Source: Laetmonice hystrix (lineage: Eukaryota). From it: a stretch of 60,000 nt of DNA. The translations under genes were made by a program, and so were the position numbers. Positions 11,941 to 23,766 of the stretch are shown here, piece after piece. The stretch's first letter is position 1, and each line of letters begins with the position of its first letter. The stretch lies in the NCBI GenBank assembly GCA_965235115.1, contig OZ249436.1:30134001-30194000 (forward strand), in the 5' to 3' direction. The notes under the pieces are model-generated. The model was not told the DNA's origin, did no database searches, and saw only the letters and a list, made by a program, of their open reading frames with translations.

Positions 11941-14900
11941 ATAGGGTTTACTTCAACACAGGGGCCATAAGTCTCTTCAGAATTGTTTGAACATTTGTTT
12001 GTTTCATCCAGGAATGGTCCCTCGAGTTCACTGGTCAAACCTTTTTTCCAAAGATAAGTATTCGGGCTGACTTGTTCGACCGTACGGATGTTAAGGGAAT
12101 TGGTGGGGAGAAACGGCCGTTCTCGGCTATTCAGCTAAATGTTGCTCAAATGATATTTTCCTTCATGTAAATTTGTATATTAACTGGTATTTTGTTTATT
12201 TTATTGATGACGTGTTCGTGCTTTTAGCGTATGTTGAGTGCCCAGTTCTGCTAATGTTGATTATTCTGTTCATCGAATGTTGCGTTTTTCTAGGAACATC
12301 CAATGAAAAACAAATGCGTAGAAGCTTCATTAACATTAATCTAAAAAGTGTTGCCGTAGACGAGTGTAATGGTTGTAATTTTCTTCTTTGAGCAGGGTCA
12401 TTATGCCTTGACAAATTCAGAAATCTGAAGAAATTGAAAATATAAAAGTGGCCTGAAAAATACACTTATAGGTCTAAGTGAACAAGAGAGGTTTAAGGCA
12501 GGATTTTCAATACCTTTTAAGCTTTCAAAGTTCCAGGGGCCGATTGGCCAAAGCCCCCAATCCCCTGCCTGTGTGCCTTTGTTGAGACTGATCTTTCTAC
12601 AGTTTTTTTTCTTTTATCACACAAACTGTGATTTTGCTCAAGTTGCACCTGAGCAGAATTGGAAAAACTGAAATAGATTTGTGATTTTTCATTATCGTGT
12701 CTAAACGTGTTTCAAATTAAGAGTCGTATATGACATGTATTTTACGATGAACAACCAATTGCCAACACAAGACACATCTATCCACGACCTGTACTCCACA
12801 CCGTGAAATGACTACTTTTTTTATAACATTGAGTAACCTTTGATGCCTATTTTTGTCCTGATAATCTAAATCTAAACGACCTACTAGGTAATCGACAAGA
12901 AGCATTTTGTATTCATCTGATGCAGTTTTGAAGACAATTTAGAGAATCTTGCAGAAAAATTGCAACCATATTAAACATTTCTTTTGCGTTGTTATGCTTT
13001 TTATACTAACTTACTGGTGACTAGCCAATTACTGTAACATGCACGGGGGAAGTTCGACTTGCAGAGTGTCCACCATGAGATAACGGATGATACTAACCTA
13101 GTTACTAATTCACCTGTCAAGTAGAACCCGGGAGCTCCCTGATCGTGGATCAGTAGAAGATCCCTGACCACTGTAGGCCAATGGCTGTCCCTACGATCGC
13201 ACCCTGTAGCTGGACGTGGGTCCTTAGTTCGCTGGTGGTGGGGGCCGAGGCCGGGCAAGCTTATATTGTTAATCATAATCTGTGCCTTGTCCATGACAGA
13301 AACACAGTTCTAGACGAGATTTCAGTCCCTCTACACAACTGTAAACCATGAAACGAATCAGTGAGTATAATTTATAAACTTTACGATATTTTTTTTTTCT
13401 ATCACGAAATACTTGTTCCTGGTCGGCATCGGTCTTGCCTTGACTTGTATATTCCCCCCACGCCCGTTATGGTATTAGCTTTTTATTCAGGGTTTTTTTT
13501 TCTGCAAATCATGTTTGCATTATTATCTTCGCTCTGCCTCTCTTTCCACCCTGATTATGACAAGTAAAGCACAATGGTGAGTTTTTGGGTCTATGCGCCT
13601 CTCAGTGTGTATAAGTCTAATAAGACAACTATAATGCATGATCTCTGGCCATGATTTTGTTAATAACCACCCTCTTTTATTATACACTGACACAACTACA
13701 ACGCAATCTTCAACGGGGTTGACCAACATTAGCCCTCGAAAAATATATCGTTCACTTAGCCATCCAGTGCCGTGCGTGTAGATCTCACGGTCAGGGTAAC
13801 ACCCAAAGACACCAAACTCAAAATGTTGATTTTTAATAGTCAACTCAGTCCGGCATGTCACTCCTAAATACACGAGGCCGCACGCCCTCAAATCAAATCA
13901 AGTGTTGTCGCTTCGGCTGTTTGAGAAGAAACATGGTTACTTACACAAAGTTGCCTGTTGTTGAAATAATATTTAACCAAGTGCGATGCGTGTAGTTTCT
14001 TTGTTTGTGTGCTCATCTGTTTGTACCAGGTCTAGGTCGTGGTGATAACCACATGGGGCACTCTTTCTTATCTTATAACAGTTTGTATGTTCACTGATTT
14101 ATTTGTTTCAGTGTGTGCTTACCAAAGTTAGGTGTGAGCGAGCATTCCGGTTGATGTTATTAATACATATGCATATGTTAATGAAAACATATGGGTATAG
14201 AGTGAAGACTCAGCAGTGTCGTGCTTTGGCAATAATTTGGGGTTTAATATTAGATCATTACCATTGCCAGGAGGTTTCTCTGTAAAAGTAACCATACCGA
14301 TCCTGTGCGAGAAGATGCCATACTTTTTTGTGTCTCACTGTCCTCAATTAGCCAAATTGAATGTCTGCATGCCCATGTCAAAAATGACATGGGCGGCCGG
14401 CACTTGAATAACAGATGTTTTTAACTCGTCTCATTAAACGCCCGGTGCAATTTTTGGGCGGCCACCTGCCACATTGGTGGCCGGGTGTGCTCAGACCTTT
14501 CACAAGGTGGCGTCCCAGACGGTCAGCAGACCACCATTTACAGTTGGTACATGCCCGCTAGGCTTTCCGTCTCCAACTACCCATCCATATCCGCTGTCAA
14601 TCTCCAGGCCCGCTTTTTGCAGCACATCCCCACATTCCTATTGAACAGTGCTTTCTATGTTGTTTTATAGGACTTGACCCAGACCTTTGTGAAGTCCCCA
14701 GATGGTGTGTGGAACCGTATTGCAAGGACTATTTATAAACGCATGAATATAGGTTATCTTTTTTGGAAAAAGAGTATGGTACCATAGCCTGTGGGACCTA
14801 TGAGTCGAGCAAAATGTTTCTCATGTGTTGAAGCTGATTTTTTCCTTATCCGTATACATTCAGAATGTAGAAATGACAAGATAAAAAAAGATCCGAGGTC

Positions 14901-15831
14901 GGATTGATCACCATAACTACTTCTTCCTGACTAGAGAAGTTATAAGGGCGATTCAATCACAGATCACGGATTGCCAACTGATCCAAATCTGCAAGGCGAT
15001 CAACGGAGTTTCAGATGCAAAGAAGCAAATGAGAGTGTTGAAGCCCTTCGGGGCCTCATTTCTGGGCTAATTATTGGTACTTAGAGGTCGTTGTAACAGT
15101 TACAGCCACACCGGCAGGTGACCCATATCAGTAGCTATCAGGGTTATCAGCAGAGCTCCCTATTTACCTGTATTATATGGAGCTCGTATCAAGATCAGTT
15201 AATAGATGCTGTATCAGGGTCCTTGCATGGAGTGTGGTAAGAAAACCACCTGTGCCCGTATGCCTAATGCTCTCTAGTGGTTTCGCCGGTACCGACGCTA
15301 CTTTTGATTAAACAAAACGGTATGAACCTATTCTTTGTCGCTGAAGGCGTGTGTATAACTAAAAGATAGATTCAAATCATTTGAGGTTAAATAAAGTTCC
15401 TGGTAGGCTTTTATAGACTATTTTATCTGTACGACAGGAACTGTACGACGCTGTGACAGGACTGGTAGCTTTGTTGATGGTTCTCCGTTTGTTGGATGCC
15501 AACCCAGCTGACTGGACCTGCCTGGCATGTAATATAATGGGCCGAAAGTGCCATAGTCCCTGCCTGAGTACTAGCCCGTCACCGGGACCCCCATGACGGG
15601 GACGTCTATGTCGGAATGTCATGCCGATGTAATGACTTTGTGAGCAGTGTCCTGGCTAATTTTTACCATTTCTGTGACCCACCTCCCCTCTTTAGCCCAG
15701 CCGCTGTCTGTCTGATGTCCGGGACGAATGTCATGCCGGGAGTTAGGACCTATGTCAGTGAGGCTCAGCCACATGGCAACAGCTGTATACGCACGCATGA
15801 CAGTCGGCGGCACTCTAGGTACAAACTACGT

Positions 15832-16527
15832 GGTACAAGTCAGTGATATGTGGCTAGGGTGCGTGTAGTCTGTCTGATGCTAGCGTGGATAGAAACAAAG
15901 ATTTTTAGGTAGAAGTCTGTGATATGTGGGTGGGGTGCGTGCGGTCTGTCTGATGCTAGCGTGGATAGAAACAAAGATTTTTAGGTAGAAGTCTGTGATA
16001 TGTGGGTGGGGTGCGTGCGGTCTGTCTGATGCTAGCGTGGATAGAAACAAAGATTTTTAGGTACAAGTCAGTGCTATGTGGGTGGGGTGCGTGTGGTCTG
16101 TCTGATGCTAGCGTGGATAGAAACAAAGATTTTTAGGTACAAGTCAGTGATATGTGGCTAGGGTGCGTGTGGTCTGTCTGATGCTAGCGTGGATAAAAAC
16201 AAAGGTTTTTAGGTACAAGTCAGTGATATGTGGCTGGGATGGGTGTGGTCTGTCTGATGCTAGCGTGGATAAAAACAAAGATTTTTAGGTACAAGTCAGT
16301 GATATGTGGGTGGGGTGCGTGTGGTCTGTCTGATGCTCGCGTGGATAAAAACAAAGATTTTTAGGTAGAAGTCTGTGATATGTGGGTGGGGTGGGTGTGG
16401 CCTGTCTGATGCTGGCGTGGATAAAAACAAAGATTTTTAGGTAGAAGTCAGTGCTATGTGGCTAGGGTGCGTGTGGTCTGTCTGATGCTAGCGTGGATAA
16501 AAACAAAGATTTTTAGGTAGAAGTCTG
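15832..16527. repeat. 76-bp minisatellite, about 9 copies
   Basis: Unit GGTACAAGTCAGTGATATGTGG...CTGATGCTAGCGTGGATAGAAACAAAGATTTTTA. GATATG recurs at 15845, 15921 and 15997 (period 76). Confidence 0.95.
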
Positions 16528-17809
16528 TATTAGAATCTGACATTCCGAGATTCAGTTTCATCGAAATGAGATTGTCTTCATTCTGGACTCGAGTGCAAAA
16601 TTATATTCATTACTGCAGAGCTCTATTTAATTTTAGTTTTCTTTTCGCCAATATATCCAGGGGATTGATAGTTTTACCCCCCTCCCCCAACCACCACCAC
16701 CACCAACCCACCCACACCCAACTTAGCAACCATTGATTCTGTTTTCCTTAGAGAGGTTTCTGAATCGATCCTGCAACCACCCCTCTTTGCAAAATTCCCC
16801 TTTCAAAATCTTGGATCGGACCCTGTAATTGCCTCATGACGGACCTATATAATGTAGGCTTACCCATGCAGAAACCAACGTCAGCTCTGGTTACAGTACT
16901 GAGTAGGTCTACAACATGGGACTGATATAATTTCCTAAGATATAGGCTTACTAAAACTGGATACATTTTGCGTGTAGGGGTCGGGTCGGATATATTCTCG
17001 CCCCGTGCCTGTCGTCTGATGGGAACTCGTTCGGGGATCAAGCGGCCGTCGAGGTCAGCTATACACCGGACTGTTACTCACTTGACTCCTGAGGATGATG
17101 GTGGGGGGGGGGGGGCTGCTATCAAACAGGCTACTTCTACTCAATTCTTAGTTTCTCGTCACCGTGCCTTGCAGGGATTGTTTCATACCACATCCCACTT
17201 CTAGATTTTCAAAAAATCCTCTGATTTATGAGAAATTGGAATCCCCCGCTCCTCCCATGTCAAGCCAGAGCAATGCCTCACTAAAATGTAGGAGGCCCTA
17301 GGGAATATTATAGTCCTAACAATGCGAGTAGGCCTGTCCAGATTAGGGCCAAGGTGAGGTGCAGTTGACAAGCTGGGTCATACGCACTCAAATCACAATG
17401 CCAACCGTCTCTGATCCGATGTGATTGGTCGTCCAGCTGATAAACCTGATTTAATGATCTGACACAGTTTCGGTGTTGATTATTTGCAAGCCGGACCCTA
17501 AGTGCCCGACTGAGGGTGAGGCTAACATTCAGACTGTCCATTGAAAAGGTCACATTTGAAGGTATCACCAAATGAACATCTTTTCAACGTTGAATTTGTG
17601 CTTTAAAAAGGAACCACCAACTCAAGGATTTCATTCAATCCTATAGGCCCTCTGTGTTGAAGCCAGATGGAATCAGTTGGAATTCCCGTAGGCCTGATTC
17701 TCAAGGACTCCATATTGACGCACCTATACCATGAGCGCGAGTGTATTGGATTGTCATTTCGAATCAATGCAGTTCGTGCCAACGATTGACACCTCAGTCG
17801 ACGGGTCAT

Positions 17810-18034
17810 CCAGGCCGGGCCAGCCAGGCCCGGCCAGCCGCGTGGTGCTGTAGGTGAACGTCAGTTAGCTCGGCCCGCCCCCGGCCAACCCCGCCCCCGG
17901 ACCTGGCCCGCCCCGCTGACACGTTCGACGGCCGCCTGACAGCTGAGACAACCTGCCGGGCGGCGGCGGCCGCTGGCAGCGTGTCGAGGGAAGGTCTGGT
18001 GGACGGATGTTTTAATAGCTCCAGGGTGGCGGCA
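17810..18034 (+). promoter_or_regulatory. GC/CpG-rich promoter and 5' UTR of the TNFAIP8-like gene
   Basis: Several GC boxes (GCCCGCCCC, CCCCGCCCC) at 17870-17915 directly upstream of the ATG exon. Confidence 0.65.
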
Positions 18035-18068
18035 ATGGCAGAGGGCAGCGACAGCCCTTCACCATCAG
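18035..18068 (+). CDS. TNFAIP8: TNFAIP8-like, first coding exon (MAEGSDSPSPS + G)
   Basis: Strong Kozak context GCGGCAATGG. Phase-1 donor CAG|GTAAGT at 18069 matches the phase of the main exon. Join is 34+563 nt = 198 aa plus stop. Confidence 0.8.
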
Positions 18069-18388
18069 GTAAGTAGGGGAACTTGTCGACGAGTCGAGTG
18101 ACACATTCTATAGAAAAAAAGTCCAGATCTTTCAGGTTCTGCAATTGGCATTAATATGCCGCTCTTTGTCTTTTCTTGGCGTGGCGACCTGGAGAAACGC
18201 ACACATGGAGCAAACTGAGCACTCGTAATCATGGTTTGGGCTAGCCTACGTTTGGGCGTGGAAGTTGTGGGAAATTAAGTGCAGTGACATGACTCAAGTG
18301 TCTAATAATTATTATCAGAGGTCGAGGTATAGGCGACTTCATACACTTTGAGTAACCGCGTTGTGGCGGGGGGGGGGGGGGGGGCGGA

Positions 18389-19610
18389 GGGTTACCTCGT
18401 GACGGGTGGGCTGCCGGGGGAGGGTTACCTCGTGACGGGTGGTGTGTCGGGGGAGGGTTAGAGGCCGAGTAGCCAGTCCCACAGCCACAGAACCGGTCCA
18501 CTGCAAAGCCACTGGTTAATACTTCGCACTAGCATAGCTACCTCGTGACGGGTGGTGTGCCGGGGGAGGGTTACCTCGTGACGGGTGGTGTGCCGGGGGA
18601 GGGTTACCTCGTGACGGGTGGTGTGTCGGGGGAGGGTTAGAGGCCGAGTAGCCAGTCCCACAGCCACAGAACCGGTCCACTGCAAAGCCACTGGTTAATA
18701 CTTCGCACTAGCATAGCTACCTCGTGACGGGTGGTGTGCCGGGGGAGGGTTACCTCGTGACGGGTGGTGTGCCGGGGGAGGGTTACGGGTGTGCCGGGGG
18801 AGGGTTACCTCGTGACGGGTGGTGTGCCGGGGGAGGGTTACCTCGTGACGGGTGGTGTGCCGGGGGAGGGTTACCTCGTGACGGGTGGTGTGCCGGGGGA
18901 GGGTTACCTCGTGACGGGTGGTGTGCCGGGGGAGGGTTACCTCGTGACGGGTGGTGTGCCGGGGGAGGGTTACCTCGTGACGGGTGGTGTGCCGGGGGAG
19001 GGTTACCTCGTGACGGGTGGTGTGCCGGGGGAGGGTTACCTCGTGACGGGTGGTGTGCCGGGGGAGGGTTACCTCGTGACGGGTGGTGTGCCGGGGGAGG
19101 GTTACCTCGTGACGGGTGGTGTGCCGGGGGAGGGTTACCTCGTGACGGGTGGTGTGCCGGGGGAGGGTTACCTCGTGACGGGTGGTGTGCCGGGGGAGGG
19201 TTACCTCGTGACGGGTGGTGTGCCGGGGGAGGGTTACCTCGTGACGGGTGGTGTGCCGGGGGAGGGTTACCTCGTGACGGGTGGTGTGCTGGGGGAGGGT
19301 TACCTCGTGACGGGTGGTGTGCCGGGGGAGGGTTACCTCGTGACGGGTGGTGTGCCGGGGGAGGGTTACCCCGTGACGGGTGGTGTGCCGGGGGAGGGTT
19401 ACCTCGTGACGGGTGGTGTGCCGGGGGAGGGTTACCGCGTGACGGGTGGTGTGCCGGGGGAGGGTTACCTCGTGACGGGTGGTGTGCCGGGGGAGGGTTA
19501 CCTCGTGACGGGTGGTGTGCCGGGGGAGGGTTACCGCGTGACGGGTGGTGTGCGGGGGGGGGGGTTACCGCGTGACGGGTGGTGTGCCGGGGGAGGGTTA
19601 CCTCGTGACG
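18389..19610. repeat. 33-bp G-rich minisatellite (over 30 copies) with two copies of an ~80-bp spacer
   Basis: Unit GGGTTACCTCGTGACGGGTGGTGTGCCGGGGGA. Spacer GAGGCCGAGT...GCATAGC at 18461 and 18640. Accounts for ORFs 18724-19575 and 18764-19615. Confidence 0.97.
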
Positions 19611-19873
19611 GATAACGATTATCAGACTCTCTATAGACTATGTCAGGTACCAACGATAAATCATAGTTGAAGGAACGTACTGCAAGGTTTGCCGAGACAG
19701 CAAGAGGAGGCATAGTGCTAGGCTACACACAACCGGGATGTCAATGTTCTCATGATGTCAGCGAATGGTCGCAGAACCCCCCACCCCCACCCCACCCCAG
19801 CATCAGCAGATTTAACTGACCAGAGCGTGGGTAGTAGGCCTAACTCTGGGGAAACTAGTAAGGAGTTGACATT

Positions 19874-20045
19874 TTACTTAATATTTTTCAAACTGGGATC
19901 CAGGTTGTTCCACATGGTAGTTCCCCTAAAAGAGACACTTCTCATAAACGTATTATTGTTAGGACGAGAAACAATTAATGCTTTGTGATCATGGAGTCTG
20001 CATGGTGCGTAGTTCGGTATTGTCAACATAGAATCTCTTCTATCC
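19874..20045 (-). mobile_element. 3' fragment of a CR1/L2-clade LINE ORF2
   Basis: Minus-strand translation LIVSRPNNNTFMRSVSFRGTTMWNNLDPSLKNIK resembles the conserved C-terminal S(F).(Y/F)RG...WN.L...L motif of CR1/L2 ORF2 proteins. Confidence 0.65.
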
Positions 20046-21434
20046 TTAAAAGAAAAGAAAATCTCCAGTTTGTACAGGCCAGGCACACAGGCCATGGAAT
20101 TCTAAGCAAGTTAAAAAAATTTGAACACAATAAGATATAAGCACTTTAATGCCGGAGCCTGCTTAGAGCCTGCCCAGGTGGTGGAGGCCGCCATTAGCGT
20201 CTGCTCCTTGGGCTAATCTCAAACTGCGCATACTCGACCTAGGCCTGACCAATCACAGCACGACTGCTCTCCAGTTTGGGAGGAACTAAAAACTGACGCA
20301 CCTGTTGAGTTGAGCGATTCGGAAGGTAGCAAACGTTGACAGCTTATAAGCCATATTTGTTAGAACATAGACGAAAACCATCGATAGTGATGAGGAATGG
20401 CGAGGAATTAAGCCTACCGATATCAGGGTGTATAGATATATCAGGGTGGACACGGATCTGGTTTCGGCCGCCTGCTCGGAGGTGTGATGTTGACGGAGCT
20501 CAGCTCTGCACGCGGCCCGGGCCCCGCTCTGACTACGACCGGGCACTGCATGAGATCAGGGGCAGTGTCAACACAGACCTGTTGCGTTTAGTAAAGTTGA
20601 CTGTGACTGTGGGGTGACTGTGATTGTGGGACTGACCCCCATCGATTCGCCCACCTGCCTCGGCTGCCTTTAGCCTAGTCTAGCCTAGCCCGACAACCCC
20701 GGCCTCAACTGATCAATTCAGCGCATGCTCAATAGATGCATAGATGGGCACAAATAGCTACGCCGCTGAAGCCAGTGATTTTGACACGGTTGTCATGTTC
20801 GACATATGAATTCTTGGAATGGGAGGGGGGACATTTATTTCCAACCACTACTCTTAAAGGTGAGTATATAGAGGCCTTGCAGCTGTCCAAATGTGATTTT
20901 TGACTGGACTTCTCCTTTAAGAATAGGAATGTCTAGGGCTCTGGAAACATAGGGACGATTTAGGCTAATTTTAAGACCTCTATTTTGAATGCGTTGAACC
21001 TTATTTCGGAGTGAAATATTAGCACAACCATATATAATATCTTCATATGCTTAACACAACCAAATATAGGCCTAATATCCCCATGCTATGTAGGGGAAAA
21101 CGATCGTTTTGCAGACGATACGATAAGCTATAAGCTGTAAGCTATGGAAGTAACTTTGCTAGAAATTGTAACATATGACTGGCTGCTTTGATCATATTTG
21201 GTATGTGTTTTGTAAAGGAGAGTCTACAGTGTATTGTCAAGAATTACACCCAGCTGTTTAGAATCCTGGAAGAGGTCCAGTTTCTGATTTGATATTTCAA
21301 GATCTGGGATTGGTAGATGTTTTAGTTTCTGTCCGTGAGCAAACATGACTTTAGTTTTTTAGTGTTTATTGTAATCTGTGGTTCTTGGTTGAAAGAGTAC
21401 ATTTACAGAAGTCTGACCAGTCTACATTTACCAG

Positions 21435-21604
21435 CAGGGGCGGATCCAGAAGGGGTGAGCTAGGGGGGCACAGTCGGAATGCTAATGGTAAAAAGGGCCT
21501 GAAGTATAGAACAGGGATCGGCCACTTGGGGTCTAGGGGGGGACACGTGCGCCCCCCAGCCCCCCCAGCCCCCCCAGCCCCCCCCCCCCCCCGATCCGCA
21601 CCTG
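21435..21604. mobile_element. MITE with CAG...CTG ends and 5-bp TSD (hAT5-like)
   Basis: TIR CAGGGGCGGATC / GATCCGCACCTG. TSD ACCAG at 21430-21434 and 21605-21609. Confidence 0.8.
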
Positions 21605-23203
21605 ACCAGCGACTACTAAAAGTTGCCCTGCTTTTTGGATCAGTTTCTATGCAGGAACATTGTCGGAGAAATAACAGAATACGATCTAATCCGAACTAAA
21701 CGTAAAGGGGCCTTTTGTTTTAGACTGTAGTCTTATATAGTCGTATTCCATCATCGATCATAAAGAAGGAAGGGCTGGAAGGAACCAAGAGAACGAAGAC
21801 ACCATGCAGTGTCTCTGTCGACAAAGAGATGGGACAAATTGGATTAGACTGGTATGATATCCTACTACTTCCACTCGTGTGCCATCCGACAAGTTAGATG
21901 ATCTTAGACCCCAAGACATCTACTTCCCACTCTGCCCTTTGCTCAGTGATATTGCTGAAGTTATCTGACGAGCATATAATGTTGTATATTGCTGTACCAA
22001 TCTACCAGCTGTCTAACACAAGAAGATCGGAGATTGCTGACCGCCCGAGACGGTTTAGTTCGACGGGCTCCATAGTAAATATGAGCGATTCATTGCTTTG
22101 TCCATCGCTGCCTGATTGCCATTCTTGGCTGAAAGAGTCTGCATGCGGCAGCAGCGGCAGCGCAAGTCGTTTCCGGCGTCGGCTTAATATCCTTCAGTGG
22201 TGCGGAGGGTGCAGACAGTACCATTGAAAGAAAGCCTTCTGATGGCAGACGTTTTTGTTTCCAGACCAGACTGCCCATGTTTTTACGAGAGTGCCTGGTC
22301 CTCGGGCATACACAAAAACTGAAAACGGGACAACTTACCAATTCTGCGCTGATGTGGCACCGATATTCTTTGTTATAATTATATATCTTAAAGGTTCTTG
22401 AAAAGTAGAGTTGAGAATATACGAGATCTTCAGTATGATTTCTCCATATTGCGGTGTTGCACTTCTTGCCTTTGTTATAAATTTACATGAAAATGAAGAC
22501 GTACTAGGTACAAGATGTAAAACACATCATTTTTTTACGATGGACATGTTATAAATTACATTACTTATATATCTCTGGCTACATAGAGCATCAAATCGGT
22601 CGAGGTTAGAAACAAGCTAAACCCCTTGGGCAGCATGTTACAGAATCGTATACACCCAAACAAAGTGCATGTTGGCGATCACACTCTAGGAAATATTGCT
22701 GTTCTTCTTTTCCAATAAATAAATTTGTGCTCTGTCCATGGAAGTGCTAAATTTTTTATTCAGTGCTTAATCGATTATTATTTGTTCCCCAAACTACTTT
22801 CATGTGTAGACCTTCAATCTTGACATTGAAAGGTGGTGATTGAACGTTTTGTACATTTACAGGTGGAATGCCGATATCCTAGCTCGTGTAATCTTTTTTG
22901 ACATTTTTCAGATGGGTTCAAATCCTCTTAATACGTTATACAAAGGTGCGCGTATACCGCGGGGACTCTGGTTTCCCTCTGCTTCAACTTAGAAAAGGAG
23001 AACCAGACCCGAGGTCAAGCATCGACGGTTCTAGTTTATCCTTGTCTTCGCTGTGCCATAACGCAAACCTTCACGCGGTGATCTAAGCATACTACATGTA
23101 GTACTGCTTCCCAATGTGTTTTTCCGTGATATGATGCCTGGATATTCCAATGGATATCCACATGTCTGTAGGAAAGAAATATAATATTTGTGTGGTGTTT
23201 CAG

Positions 23204-23766
23204 TGGGGGAGAACTTCGATTCGAAGAGCGTCGGTCTTCGAACCCAGAAGAAGCTTCTGGGGAAGATGGCTTCGAAGAAGATCATGAAGCACTTCATTGA
23301 CGACACGTCTGCTCGCCTGCTAGACCAGGTGTACAAGGTATCCAAGGACTACTCTGGCAGCAAGAAGACCGCTGAGAAACTGATGAAAGACCTCATCAAA
23401 ACCGTCATCAAGATCGGCATCCTCTATAGGAACGAACAGTTCAACTCGGAGGAACTGGAACTGGCTGAGCGATTCAAGAAGAAGTTCCGAACCGTGGCAA
23501 TGACTGTGATTAGTTTCTATGAGGTGGATTATTCGTTTGACAAAAATTTCCTCAGCCGCGGCCTGAACGAGTGCCGCGCCATTCTCAAACAATTAGTGGA
23601 ACGCCACTTGACTGACAAATCTCTTGTGAGGATAGACAACGTGTTTAACTTCTTCGGGGATCCCGATTTTCTTGATGCCATGTTCAGAGCAGATAGTGTC
23701 TACAGGCCGCAGCTAAACAAAGTGGTTGTTGACCTCAACTCACTCATTGATAACAATGTCTTATGA
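23204..23766 (+). CDS. TNFAIP8: TNF-alpha-induced protein 8 (TIPE) family protein, main coding exon
   Basis: Translation FDSKSVGLRTQKKLLGKMASKK...FIDDTSARLLDQVYK...AEKLMKDLIKTVIKIGILYRNEQF...TVISFYEVDYSFD...HLTDKSLVRIDNVFNFF is a clear TNFAIP8/TIPE domain. Acceptor TTTCAG at 23198-23203, stop TGA at 23764-23766. Confidence 0.96.

Noticed and set aside
14671..14704. Possible 34-nt internal TNFAIP8 exon (TTTTATAG|GACTTG...GATG|GTGTGT)
   Set aside because: The donor is weak, no phase-compatible upstream coding exon was found, and there is no homology support.
18724..19615. Two 283-aa Gly-rich ORFs (GGGLPRDGWCA / TGGVPGEGYLV repeats)
   Set aside because: They are translations of a 33-bp minisatellite inside the TNFAIP8 intron. 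Being open in several frames is expected for such a unit.
23188..23203. TTG start of the 192-aa TNFAIP8 ORF in the ORF track
   Set aside because: These bases are the intron's 3' end (TTTCAG acceptor). The real N-terminus comes from an upstream exon.
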